Shown here: in pieces, positions 36,884 to 46,258 of the stretch
How positions within the stretch are numbered: the first letter of the stretch is position 1
Layout of the letters: each line of letters starts with the position of its first letter
NCBI GenBank assembly: GCA_019313245.1
Contig: JAFDBP010000234.1
Coordinates: 1 to 55,535, forward strand
Length of the DNA: 55,535 nucleotides
Reading direction: 5' to 3'
Source: Deltaproteobacteria bacterium
GTDB lineage: Bacteria > Myxococcota_A > UBA9160 > SMWR01
The notes under the pieces: generated by a model
Told to the model about the DNA's origin: nothing
What the model saw: only the letters and a program-made list of their open reading frames with translations
The model's database searches: none
Translations under genes and position numbers: made by a program

Positions 36884-38005
36884 ATGTATCCAGAAGTTTC
36901 CGGCGCGAGATCGAGCACGCCCAATCGGGCAGCCGCGCCGACGCTGCTGGCGCTGCTGGCGTTTGCGCTGTCGACATCCGGTCTGGGCTGCGGCGCCAGG
37001 CCAGCGCCCGATTCGGCTTCGGCTGAGCGGGCGGGAGCAGATGTGGGCGCGGTGTCCGCGAACGGTTCTCCCGCGCGCATCGCGTCTTTTTCGGCGGATC
37101 GGGCCTGGCGGGATCTGCAGGCGCTCACCGATATCGGCGCGCGGCCCGTCGGCAGCAGCGGCAACGATCGGGCGCGCGACTATCTGAGCGCGCAACTCGA
37201 AGATCTCGGCGTCGAAGTCGAGTCGCGGGAGGTCGACTACGCGAGCGCAGCGGGGCGACCGTCCGGCGCCACCGCCCCGGAAATCCGGGTGACCAATCTA
37301 TCTGCGGTCATCCCGGGCACCCGATCCCAGGACCGATTCGTGCTGGCCGCCCCTTTCGACAGTCGTCAGTTCGAAGATTTCGAGTTCATCGGCGCCAATG
37401 ACGGCGCGTCAGGAGCGGCCGTCGTGCTCGAAATCGCCCGGGTGCTCGCCGCGCATCCTCTTCCCTACGCGACAGAGATCGCTTTTCTCGACGGAGAGGC
37501 TCCCTTTTCGTCTCCCAACGGTCGGCATCGACCCTACCGGGAGATCGGTAGCCTGGGGCTGGCCTCGCGCATTCGCGAATCGGGCAGCTCCGGAGTTCGG
37601 CTGCTGGTTTATCTCAATCGGGTCGGTGACGCGGACCTCCGGATTGCGCGCGACCTGGTATCCCACCGCATCTACCGAGAGGAATTCTGGAAGGCGGCCA
37701 GCGCCCTCGATCGAACCCGGGCATTTCCGCCCGACGCGGCTTTTGAAAATGCGGGGATCGCTCACCAGTATTTCGTGCAGATCGGTCTGCGCCAGGTCGT
37801 TTCGATCGTGGACACGAGCTTTGGTGGCGATCAGCCGCCCGGCCTCTACGCGGGCACCGCGCAGGACACGATCGATCGCTGTTCGCCCGACAGCCTGGAG
37901 ACCGTGGGCGTGGTGGTGCTCGAGGCGCTCGATGCGATTTCGCAGCGGCTCGGCAAGATCGATCGATTCGCGGCCGGTCGAAGCGGGGAAGTCGACACTC
38001 GTTGA
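36884..38005 (+). CDS. M28-family metallopeptidase lipoprotein
   Basis: ATG at 36884. Lipobox LSTSGLGC. FVLAAPFDSRQ..FIGANDGASGAAVVLEIARVL..IAFLDGEAPF are Zn-ligand blocks of M28 / glutaminyl-cyclase-like enzymes. Confidence 0.8.
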   Translation: MYPEVSGARSSTPNRAAAPTLLALLAFALSTSGLGCGARPAPDSASAERAGADVGAVSANGSPARIASFSADRAWRDLQALTDIGARPVGSSGNDRARDYLSAQLEDLGVEVESREVDYASAAGRPSGATAPEIRVTNLSAVIPGTRSQDRFVLAAPFDSRQFEDFEFIGANDGASGAAVVLEIARVLAAHPLPYATEIAFLDGEAPFSSPNGRHRPYREIGSLGLASRIRESGSSGVRLLVYLNRVGDADLRIARDLVSHRIYREEFWKAASALDRTRAFPPDAAFENAGIAHQYFVQIGLRQVVSIVDTSFGGDQPPGLYAGTAQDTIDRCSPDSLETVGVVVLEALDAISQRLGKIDRFAAGRSGEVDTR

Positions 38006-38072
38006 GCGCGCGGGCTTTCGACGCGAAGTCGCGCGAAAATGACGGTCTGAACACGCGAGGCGGAGCACTCAA

Positions 38073-39356
38073 TTGTCGATTCGAATTTCATTGCTGGCGA
38101 TCGGGAGCGTGCTGCTCGGCTTGAGCGCGTCTGCCGATGACCTTTCCGGCATCGCAGACAGCGCGGTGCGCATCGTAATCGACGAGCCGAAGCGGGGTGA
38201 ACCGGTCAGCAACAGCGTCCACCAGGCCCCCATTCGAGGCAACGCCTTCACCGAAGGCAAACGGCGGCTGACCATCGACGTGATGATCGCGATCGACATT
38301 TCGGGCTCGACCCGAGCGGCCAGCGGCGTCGACGTCGACGGCGATGGCGAGATCGGCTTCGATCCGCACCTGGAGCAGGTGCCGCCCGGACTGTATCCGC
38401 CCGACGTGCGGAGTACGGATCCCCACGACACGATTCTCGCCGCCGAGATCGCCGCCGCCGACGCCCTGCTCCGCAATCTCGATCCGACCCATCTGCGCGT
38501 TGGGGTCTTGAGTTTTGGAGGCGAAGTCAATCCGGCCACGCTTCGGCAGGCGGTTTACGGCCAGCAGGATGCCTGGCTCGAGGTTCCGCTGACGAGCGAT
38601 TTCGATCAGGTGCGGCGAGCCCTGCAGGGCATTCTCGCGCGCGGTCCGCGCGGCGGTACCAATTTCGCCGCCGGAATCCGATTGGCGGTGACCGAACTGG
38701 CCGGTCTGCACGGCGCGAGGAGCGCGCCCAGACCGGAAGCCGCGAAGATCCTGATGTTTCTCACCGACGGCGTGCCCTCGTTTCCGTTCGGATCTTCGCG
38801 AGAATCGGATCCGGGCGATACCGAAGCCGCGCTCGGCGCAGCTCGCGTCGCCCACAAAGCCGGGATCACCATCAACGCCTACTCGCTCGGGACGCACGCG
38901 CTCGACAACCCAGTCGCGGCCACCGAGATGTCGCGACTGACGCTCGGGACGTTTACGCCCGTTGTGAACCCGGGCGACGTGATCACATATCTGCAGGGAG
39001 TGACGTTCGCGAGTGTCGAAGACGTGATCTTTACGAACCTGACGACGAGCGAAATTTCCGAGGACGTTCGACTGCTGCCCAACGGAAGTTTTTCGGGCTA
39101 CGTGCCCGTCCGCGAGGGCACCAACCGCGTGCGGGTGACCGCTCTGGCCAGTGACGGATCGGAGGGGTTCACCGAATTCGATCTCCAGTTCGACGTGGCG
39201 GGCCGCACCAGCAAGGAACTCACCCTCGAACTCGACGCGATCCGCAAGCAGAACCGCGAACTCCAGTTGCTGGTCGAGCGCGAAAAGGTGCGCCAGTTCA
39301 GGGAAAGGCAGCGCAAGGGGCTGAAGCTCGAAGTCGAAGAACTCGAAACTCCCTGA
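38073..39356 (+). CDS. secreted von Willebrand factor A domain protein with C-terminal coiled coil
   Basis: TTG start with GGAG 8 nt upstream. Signal peptide. MIDAS-like VMIAIDISGSTR. GGTNFAAGI. FLTDGVPS. C-terminal LELDAIRKQNRELQLLVEREKVRQFRERQRK. Confidence 0.8.
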   Translation: MSIRISLLAIGSVLLGLSASADDLSGIADSAVRIVIDEPKRGEPVSNSVHQAPIRGNAFTEGKRRLTIDVMIAIDISGSTRAASGVDVDGDGEIGFDPHLEQVPPGLYPPDVRSTDPHDTILAAEIAAADALLRNLDPTHLRVGVLSFGGEVNPATLRQAVYGQQDAWLEVPLTSDFDQVRRALQGILARGPRGGTNFAAGIRLAVTELAGLHGARSAPRPEAAKILMFLTDGVPSFPFGSSRESDPGDTEAALGAARVAHKAGITINAYSLGTHALDNPVAATEMSRLTLGTFTPVVNPGDVITYLQGVTFASVEDVIFTNLTTSEISEDVRLLPNGSFSGYVPVREGTNRVRVTALASDGSEGFTEFDLQFDVAGRTSKELTLELDAIRKQNRELQLLVEREKVRQFRERQRKGLKLEVEELETP

Positions 39357-39392
39357 CGCGCCCCCGGAATCGGACGCGCGCCGAATCCGGTT

Positions 39393-40463
39393 TCAGGGCT
39401 CTGGCTTGAGGTCGCCCGATTCGGTCACGAGCGAGGGATCCGCCAACTCTCGACGGTAGAGTTTGCCGTTGCGATAAATCGACGTCACGTCGATCGCGCC
39501 GTCTCCGTTGGAGTCCTCTTCGCGTTTGGCGATCACCGGCTCTCCCGACGACGTCTCGAAGGTCTCGATGACGTCGACCTTGCCCGAGCCATTGGTGTCG
39601 CGCTTGATGGACGCGGGCAGCTCCTTGCCCCCGACGACTGCGTAGGTCGTCCAGGTATCGAACTGCCCATCACCGCTGCGGTCTTCTCGGCTTCGGCTCT
39701 TCATGCGGCCCCGGTAGGTGATGACCACATCGAACTGCCCATCGTCGTCGCGGTCGTGGCGCTCTTCGACGAGGGAGCCGGTCGCGAAGGTGTAGAAGGC
39801 GTCTTTGTGCCCGTTGCCGTTGCGGTCGATGACGCGCTCGATCATTCGCCCCCCCTGGTACCTCTCCCAGGTGTCGACGTGTCCATCGCCGTCCGTGTCG
39901 AGGGTGCGCTCGTCGAGCGAGCCACCCGCGTAGGTCTGCCAGGTGTCCAACGCCCCGTCGTAGTCCCGATCGGCTGCCTTGCGGATCATTGCGCCGCTGG
40001 CCTTGTCGATGTAGCGGACCTGCTCGGGATGGCCGTCGCGATCCGCGTCTAGCGTTCGCATGATGATGACCATGTGTTCGCTGTTGCCGAGAGTTCCCGG
40101 CGGTACCTCGATCTCCTCGGAATCGAAGATGGCGACCGGGAGATCGCGATCGACCGGTGCCCTCGGGGCGATTCGCGGGTCTGCGAGTTCATCGAGATCC
40201 GCAGCTTCGGCGGGGGGGCCGTTGAGTATTCGCCCGATCTCCGAGAGGTCGCGAGAGCGCTGCAGGGCTTCTTGACGCTTGAGCTCTGCGTCGATTTCCC
40301 CCTGAACGCGCTGCAGCTCTGCCTCACGCGCGATCTCGCCTTCGAGATCGCCTTCGGCTGCGCTTTGCGCCTCGACTGCCGCTGCCGACAGCAGCAGCGC
40401 GGCCGGTATGGTCAACAGCGCGACCAGAGCGTTCGATCGTAGGACGGCCAATCGTCTATCCAT
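39393..40463 (-). CDS. secreted repeat protein with about eight DxDxDG calcium-binding-type repeats
   Basis: Signal peptide, a coiled-coil region, then about 24-aa repeats such as DTDGDGHVDTWERYQGGRMIERVI, DRNGNGHKDAFYTFATGSLVEERH and DRSGDGQFDTWTTYAV... Confidence 0.75.
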   Translation of the reverse strand: MDRRLAVLRSNALVALLTIPAALLLSAAAVEAQSAAEGDLEGEIAREAELQRVQGEIDAELKRQEALQRSRDLSEIGRILNGPPAEAADLDELADPRIAPRAPVDRDLPVAIFDSEEIEVPPGTLGNSEHMVIIMRTLDADRDGHPEQVRYIDKASGAMIRKAADRDYDGALDTWQTYAGGSLDERTLDTDGDGHVDTWERYQGGRMIERVIDRNGNGHKDAFYTFATGSLVEERHDRDDDGQFDVVITYRGRMKSRSREDRSGDGQFDTWTTYAVVGGKELPASIKRDTNGSGKVDVIETFETSSGEPVIAKREEDSNGDGAIDVTSIYRNGKLYRRELADPSLVTESGDLKPEP

Positions 40464-40634
40464 CGAATTGGGGTTTCCTCTAGGTCGACTTTCTCTTGCT
40501 TCGACACCGCGCCGGTCGACGAGTTCGACGCGAGCGGCTGACGACGATACCCTAAATCGGCCCAGAGGCGTTGTTCTCCAGTCGGTTTCCTCCAGACCGC
40601 TGGTGGTGAGAGAAGCTGCACATTCCCCCGCAAA

Positions 40635-42038
40635 ATGCCGATGGAGCCTCTACGGCTTCGATGGTTTCAGGGGTGGCCCATGGGACTGACGCTGATTCGA
40701 AAGGGCGGGAATCGGCCGCCGAAGCGAAATCCGATGGTGTCGCTGGTGCTCGCCGGCGGCGCGGTTTCGGGGGGCGCGTTCAAGGTCGGCGGCCTCAAGG
40801 CCCTGGACGATTTCCTGGTCGGCCGGAAGATCACCGAACTCGACACGTACGTCGGGTTGTCCGCCGGCGCTCTTCTCTCCGCGTCACTGGCCGCCGGCAT
40901 CACGCCCGATGAGATGATCAAGGTGCTCGACGGCACGAGCACGCGCTTCGAACAACTGCGTCCGGTCGACTTCTACAATCCAAACCTCCGCGAGTTCGCG
41001 ACCAGGCCGGCGAAGTTCGCCTATGACCTGGCGACCTTCCTGCCCGGGATCGGGCTCGACTTCCTGCGCGCGCTGCCCGAACTTCCGGCGACCGTGGGGC
41101 CGGTCGCGCAGAAATTCGTACGGCATCCGTCCTACACCCAGTTCGAAGCCGTGGTGCTGAGCCTGCTCGATCACGTGTCGCCCACGCGCGAGCTGCCGGT
41201 CCTGTCCCATCACCTTCCGAGCGGCTTCTTCGACAATGTGAGCATCGAGCGCTGGTTGCGGCGCAACCTGGAGCGAATCCGAATGCCGAATGACTTTCGC
41301 GCGTTCGCGCGAAAGCGAGGCGTCAGTCTCTACATCACCGCGTGCGACCTCGACACCGCGGAGCGCGCCATTTTCGGCCCCGACGAAAACTCGGAACTCA
41401 CGATCTCGCAGGCCGTGCAGGCTTCGTCGGCGCTGCCGGTCTTCTACAAGCCGGCGCGACTCAACGGCGTCGACTACGTCGACGGCGGCGTGCGGCACAC
41501 GGCCAACCTCGACATCGCGATCGAAAAGGGCGCCGACCTGATCATCTGTTACAACCCGTTCCGGCCGTTCTTGAACCGCGTGGATTCGCCGGACGGCGAC
41601 GCTCCCTACTTCGCCGATGGCCGGTATATATCCGACCGGGGCTTCAAGGTGATCCTGAACCAGGCCTTTCGGACATTGCTCCACTCCCGGCTCAAGCTCG
41701 GCATCCAGCGCTATCTGGCGGATGACCGATTTCAGGGCGACATCGTCCTGCTCGAGCCCCGGGAGCGGGATGCGAACTTTTTCGCCACCAACCCGTTGGC
41801 TTTCTGGAAGCGCTCCGAGGCGGTTCAGCACGGATTCGAATCCGTGCGCAGCACGATCGAGCAGAATTTCGACGCGCTCGAGGCGGTCTTCAGCGATTAC
41901 GGGTTGGTGATGGACCGAACCGCGGCCCAGCGGCGGGCGACCCGGGCCCGGGCGGCGTTTGGCTGGCACACGGGGGAGGCCGCGGAGGCGCTGGTCGAGG
42001 ACCGTCCGCTCCGGCTCGTCGGCACCAAGAGAGCGTAG
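40635..42038 (+). CDS. patatin-like phospholipase
   Basis: LVLAGGAVSGGAF (oxyanion GGxxxG), GLSAG (GxSxG nucleophile) and YVDGGV (catalytic Asp). The start could instead be ATG at 40680. Confidence 0.85.
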   Translation: MPMEPLRLRWFQGWPMGLTLIRKGGNRPPKRNPMVSLVLAGGAVSGGAFKVGGLKALDDFLVGRKITELDTYVGLSAGALLSASLAAGITPDEMIKVLDGTSTRFEQLRPVDFYNPNLREFATRPAKFAYDLATFLPGIGLDFLRALPELPATVGPVAQKFVRHPSYTQFEAVVLSLLDHVSPTRELPVLSHHLPSGFFDNVSIERWLRRNLERIRMPNDFRAFARKRGVSLYITACDLDTAERAIFGPDENSELTISQAVQASSALPVFYKPARLNGVDYVDGGVRHTANLDIAIEKGADLIICYNPFRPFLNRVDSPDGDAPYFADGRYISDRGFKVILNQAFRTLLHSRLKLGIQRYLADDRFQGDIVLLEPRERDANFFATNPLAFWKRSEAVQHGFESVRSTIEQNFDALEAVFSDYGLVMDRTAAQRRATRARAAFGWHTGEAAEALVEDRPLRLVGTKRA

Positions 42039-42561
42039 ACCCGCGCTCGCGCGTTTTGGGCCCTCAATTGGCGATAGAACGGCGTTTGGCTGGATGGATC
42101 ACGCCTCCCAACTGGCGAAAAGCTAGCTTTCTGGTATAGTTACGCGCCTCGCGCTGGCGTTTCGCACACCTGCGGCTCCGAGCGGTTCGGAGGTGGGTGG
42201 CGGCGCGCCCGGGTCGATTCCTCCAACGTTTCCAGCCGGAGGTTCCAGGATTGAGCGGAGCCGACCGGTTCGAACGTGCGAACCGAATCCGTCGGATCCC
42301 GCAGCGGGGCTGCGGGCGTGGGGAATGGAGGCCGGGGTGCATGGGAGTGCCGGTTTCGAGGCGGCAGCCCGCGATGGCGCAGCGTTCCGGTACCGCAGGC
42401 CAGATACCCCGTGATATCGATGAACGAACAAAAAGCCCCTTCACGAGCCGGCTCGCAACGCCCCCGGCTCGGCGAAGCAAACCAGCCATGAGGAAGATCA
42501 CTTGAGACGAATCGGCAGCAACATTCGGAAGCAGAATCCCGACGCGAGGGCGAATCGCGTG

Positions 42562-42828
42562 ATGAAGAACATCATCAAGTACGTCGACGACGAATCTCCG
42601 CGAAACGAATACCCGAAGCGAATCATCTCCCCGACCAAACCCGCCAACTGCTGTAGCGATGACAATCGCGAGATGGTGGGCAACACCCGGGAGATCGACG
42701 GATTCAATTTCTGCTACAAGATCTGCCGCGAGTGCGGACACGCGGTGAAGTTCTACTTCCCGGCGAGCGAATCCTCCAATCCGGCGGTCAAGGAATACCG
42801 CCAGTGGAAGCGCTACATGGCTCAATGA
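42562..42828 (+). CDS. small Cys-rich hypothetical protein (88 aa), possible zinc ribbon
   Basis: ATG at 42562 (the track start at 42502 is a TTG). CC..(21)..CYKICRECGH. Visibly lower GC and non-GC-biased codons. Followed by its own intrinsic terminator. Confidence 0.6.
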   Translation: MKNIIKYVDDESPRNEYPKRIISPTKPANCCSDDNREMVGNTREIDGFNFCYKICRECGHAVKFYFPASESSNPAVKEYRQWKRYMAQ

Positions 42829-42849
42829 TCCCACTGGGATCGAAGCCGT

Positions 42850-42886
42850 CGGCGGGGTGGCCAGCGTGCCGCCCCGCCGTTTTTTA
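42850..42886 (+). terminator. Rho-independent terminator
   Basis: CGGCGGGGTGGC-cagcgt-GCCGCCCCGCCG forms a 12-bp stem with one G-U pair, followed by TTTTTTA. Confidence 0.8.
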
Positions 42887-42913
42887 TGGGTTCTCGTCTG
42901 TAGGGTGATCGCC

Positions 42914-44302
42914 ATGTCGGAGCGAACCAGGCGAATCGGCTCGGAAGCCGCTGCCAGCGAATACCTCGCGGGGCTCATCAACGTCGAAAAGGAGCGCAAC
43001 GCCCCCTATTCGCGCTTCGACCTGGAACCGATCCGCCGCCTGATGGCGCGTCTGGGCAATCCGCAGGCGGGACTGTCGGTCATCCACCTCGCCGGCTCGA
43101 AGGGCAAGGGCTCCACCGGCCTGATGGTCGAGGCCCTGCTCGGGGCCGCGGGCGAGCGCGTCGGAACCTTTACCTCGCCTCACCTCGAGCGCTGGGGCGA
43201 GCGTTTTCGGATCGACGGCCGCGAAGTCGCAGGTGAGGCGCTGGCCGACGCGGTCGAGCGGATCGCGCCGCACATCGACGAGCAGCGCGAAGCGGAGCCC
43301 CTCCACGCGCCGAGCTTCTTCGACGCCCTCACGGCGGTCGCCCTGTTGCTGTTTTCCGAAGCCAAGCTCGATCGGTGCGTGTTCGAAGTCGGTCTCGGCG
43401 GGCGGCTCGACTCCACGAACGTGATCACCTCTGCCGTCTCCTGCATCACCAGCATCGAACTCGAACACACGCACCAACTCGGGAACACCCTCTCCGCCAT
43501 TGCGTCCGAAAAGGCCGGGATTCTGAAGGCCGGTGTCCCCGCCGTGATGGGCGATCTGCGCGCCGAGGCCGCCGAGGTCGTCGAGGCGAAGGCGCGCGAG
43601 CTCGGCTCACCCCTCGCGCGGTTGGGGCGCGATTTCGATTTCGAGATTCTCGATCGGGATCTCGAGGGGCAGTCGATCCGCCTGACCGATGGCGCGCTGC
43701 GCGTCGATGCGAGGATCGCAGCTCTGGGATCTCATCAGGCGCGCAACGCGGCGCTCGCGCTGGCTTGCGTCGCGCGCGCTCCCGGCTGCGTGCGGGGCGG
43801 TTCGTTGATCGATGCCGCCGAGCGGGGGTTCGCGGCCGTGCGGCTCCCGGGCCGCATCGAGTTGATCGGTCGCGCGCCGTGGGTGCTCGTCGACTGCGCC
43901 CACACCGAATCTTCCGCCGCCGCATTGGCAGAGGTGCTGCAGCAGATTCCGCGTCGCAGGACGCAGTTGATCCTGTCGATTTCAGCCGGCAAGGATGCGG
44001 AGGGCATCTTGCGACATCTGTTGCCTCAGGTGGACGCAGTCACGGTGACCCGGGCCGAGCCCGTCCGCTCGCTGTCTCCCTCCGAGGTTGCGGTCGCGAT
44101 CCGCGCCGCGGCTCCGAGCGTCCCCGTTCAGGTCGTGCCCAATCCGCACCTCGCGATTCGCGCCGCTCGGGAAGATTGCGGCGCCGACGATCTGCTCTGC
44201 GTGTCGGGTTCGATCTATCTGGCCGGAATTGCCCGCCGGGTGCTGTCCGACACCGGTTCGACCGCGCGCGTCGCGGTGTCCCGCCGGAGCGGAGGGGGTT
44301 GA
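42914..44302 (+). CDS. folC: bifunctional folylpolyglutamate synthase / dihydrofolate synthase
   Basis: ATG at 42914 (MSERTRR..). IHLAGSKGKGST P-loop. TSPHLERWGERFRIDG. Mur-ligase-type middle and C-terminal domains. Confidence 0.85.
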   Translation: MSERTRRIGSEAAASEYLAGLINVEKERNAPYSRFDLEPIRRLMARLGNPQAGLSVIHLAGSKGKGSTGLMVEALLGAAGERVGTFTSPHLERWGERFRIDGREVAGEALADAVERIAPHIDEQREAEPLHAPSFFDALTAVALLLFSEAKLDRCVFEVGLGGRLDSTNVITSAVSCITSIELEHTHQLGNTLSAIASEKAGILKAGVPAVMGDLRAEAAEVVEAKARELGSPLARLGRDFDFEILDRDLEGQSIRLTDGALRVDARIAALGSHQARNAALALACVARAPGCVRGGSLIDAAERGFAAVRLPGRIELIGRAPWVLVDCAHTESSAAALAEVLQQIPRRRTQLILSISAGKDAEGILRHLLPQVDAVTVTRAEPVRSLSPSEVAVAIRAAAPSVPVQVVPNPHLAIRAAREDCGADDLLCVSGSIYLAGIARRVLSDTGSTARVAVSRRSGGG

Positions 44303-44900
44303 GGGCCGCGCAGCGGGATCGGTGCCGGGGGGCGTGCTGGGAACGAACAGGTACGCCCGGGCCGACACGCTACACGAAGTGCAGCGGGAGGGGTTGTCAG
44401 CCCGGGCGCTAGGACAGTCCGTTCGTCGTACGCCGCTGTGATAGAGCAAGTCGCGTGCCATCCGGTCGGGGGTGGAGTCGATCGCCTAACTCCTTGAAAA
44501 ACTGTGGTATTTGACACACGTGGTGGCACTCCGCGGCAACTCGTAGGCAACTCGGGCTGCGAAAGTGACACAATTTGTGTACCGGGATCCTCTCAGCGGA
44601 CTGCAAGTTCCCGCGTTCGCGGCCCGCGCGCGGCGGGTTGCTAGCAGCTTGACTCGAGACTGTCGTGGTAAGGTCCGAGCGTCGATGCGCGCGGCTGGCA
44701 AGGCGCTCGATTGAGCCCAAGGCGCCAGACCCAAACGGTCTTGGCGACGACGCAAAGAGAAGTCGAAGAGTTCTCGAGCTAGCAGTGCCAGGGCGATTGA
44801 GAGCCACGCAGCCAGCGATGATGCAGCGGCGTTCGGCAGGCGCGACAGTCTCGGGTCACGCTCCTGGGCTCGGGATTCTCGCAGGGGGGCATTGCGACGC

Positions 44901-46238
44901 ATGGCGGCCAAGCAAGTTGCGGTAGTGGGCGCCGGAATTGCCGGTCTGGGAGCCGCCCGGCGGCTCGCACAGCTCGGTTTTCAGGTAGCGCTCTTCGAAC
45001 GCGAGCAGAGCCCCGGCGGGCGCGCGCGGCCCGTCGTGCGCGAAGACTTCACGATCGAGCGCGCTGGCGCGATCGTCAGCAGCGCCGACCGGGCCTTGAT
45101 GGGCTGGATCGGCGAACTCGATCTGCCGGAACTCCTGCCTCCGCGGCCCGTGGTGAGCGCGCTGGCCCATCGCGATCGGGTCCAGGTCGTCGATTCTCGG
45201 AGCTTGTCGGGGATCGCGCGCATCCCGGGTATTCGAATTCACCAAACGCTCGGTTTGTTGCGCCTTCCGCGTCTCGTCGCCCGCTACGGCAATCGAATCG
45301 ATCCCGAGCGGCCCGAGCGCGCGGCGAGTCTCGACGATCGAAGCCTCGCCGATTTTGGGCGGCTCTATTTCGGTGCGCGCGTCACGAGGCATTGGATGGC
45401 CCCGCTGGTGTCGCGCACTTCGCTCGCCGACGCGCGCGAGGCGAGCCGGGTGTTGTTTCTCCACCAGTACCGCGACGGCGCCGGCGGGCGTCTCGGACTG
45501 CTGCGCGCGTCATCCCAGGAACTGATCGATCGAGCGGCGTGCTCGGTTCCCGCAGCGCTCGGCGCCTGCGTGGCGAATGTCGAGAGTCGCAGTGGCGGTG
45601 GGGTGCGCTTCCGCGTCCGGGAGGCGGAGCGCGAGCGAACGGCCGAAGCCGATGCGATGGTGCTGGCCGTTCCCGCTCCGGAGGCCGTCGCCCTGGCGGG
45701 CGCGGAATTTTCTTTCGCGGAGCGGGATGGGCTGGAGAAGGTTCGCTACACGCCGGAAATCTCGTTGGCCGTCGCGCTGCGCCGACCGTTCCATCCCCAT
45801 CCGCAGCTGATCCAGTTCCCGCATCGCGAGGGGTGGCCGCTCGAGTCGGTTCTGCTCGAACCCGGACTCGAAGGCGGTCGGGTACCCGTGGGTCGCGGTC
45901 TGGCCCTGCTGCGCGCGACGGGCCGCTGGAGTGCGGCTTACTTCGAAGCGCCGGACGAAACGGTGGGCAAGGATTTGGTCGCGGCGTTGGGTGGAATCTT
46001 CCCGCGCATCCACGGCGCGGGCATCTTCGCCGAGGTGTTGAGAGAGAAGCGCGCCGTGCCGCGCTTCGACGTGGGGCGCTATCGGGCGATTGCGAGCTTT
46101 GCGCGCGTCCAGGCGGACCGTCGGCGCCGGGGTCGCCGCATCTACTTCGCGGGCGATTACCTGATGGGTCCCGGCTGGAATGCCGCGCTGCGGTCGGGCT
46201 ACCGGGCCGCCGCCGACATCGCGGAAGATCTCGGCTAG
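44901..46238 (+). CDS. FAD-dependent oxidoreductase, protoporphyrinogen/amine-oxidase-like
   Basis: ATG at 44901 (the track start at 44892 is a TTG). VAVVGAGIAGLGAARRLAQLGFQVALFEREQSPGGR dinucleotide fold. C-terminal YFAGDYLMGPGWNAALRSGYRAA. Confidence 0.75.
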   Translation: MAAKQVAVVGAGIAGLGAARRLAQLGFQVALFEREQSPGGRARPVVREDFTIERAGAIVSSADRALMGWIGELDLPELLPPRPVVSALAHRDRVQVVDSRSLSGIARIPGIRIHQTLGLLRLPRLVARYGNRIDPERPERAASLDDRSLADFGRLYFGARVTRHWMAPLVSRTSLADAREASRVLFLHQYRDGAGGRLGLLRASSQELIDRAACSVPAALGACVANVESRSGGGVRFRVREAERERTAEADAMVLAVPAPEAVALAGAEFSFAERDGLEKVRYTPEISLAVALRRPFHPHPQLIQFPHREGWPLESVLLEPGLEGGRVPVGRGLALLRATGRWSAAYFEAPDETVGKDLVAALGGIFPRIHGAGIFAEVLREKRAVPRFDVGRYRAIASFARVQADRRRRGRRIYFAGDYLMGPGWNAALRSGYRAAADIAEDLG

Positions 46239-46258
46239 GCGGCGCGGGCCTCCACCTC

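Noticed and set aside
42064-42561. Possible tmRNA, RNase P RNA, a cobalamin or GEMM riboswitch, or 6S RNA in the structured intergenic region.
   Set aside because: I could not find the diagnostic motifs on either strand: GAGGAAAGUCCGGGC for RNase P, a tRNA-like 3' end with CCA for tmRNA, a B12 box, or GEMM ACGCAAAGC. The region is kept only as an unclassified structured region.
44524-44539. A sigma-54-like TGGCAC-tccgc-GGCA.
   Set aside because: The -12 GC is displaced by one position relative to the TGGCAC-N5-TTGC consensus and the TT is missing. It is also about 360 nt from the next start codon.
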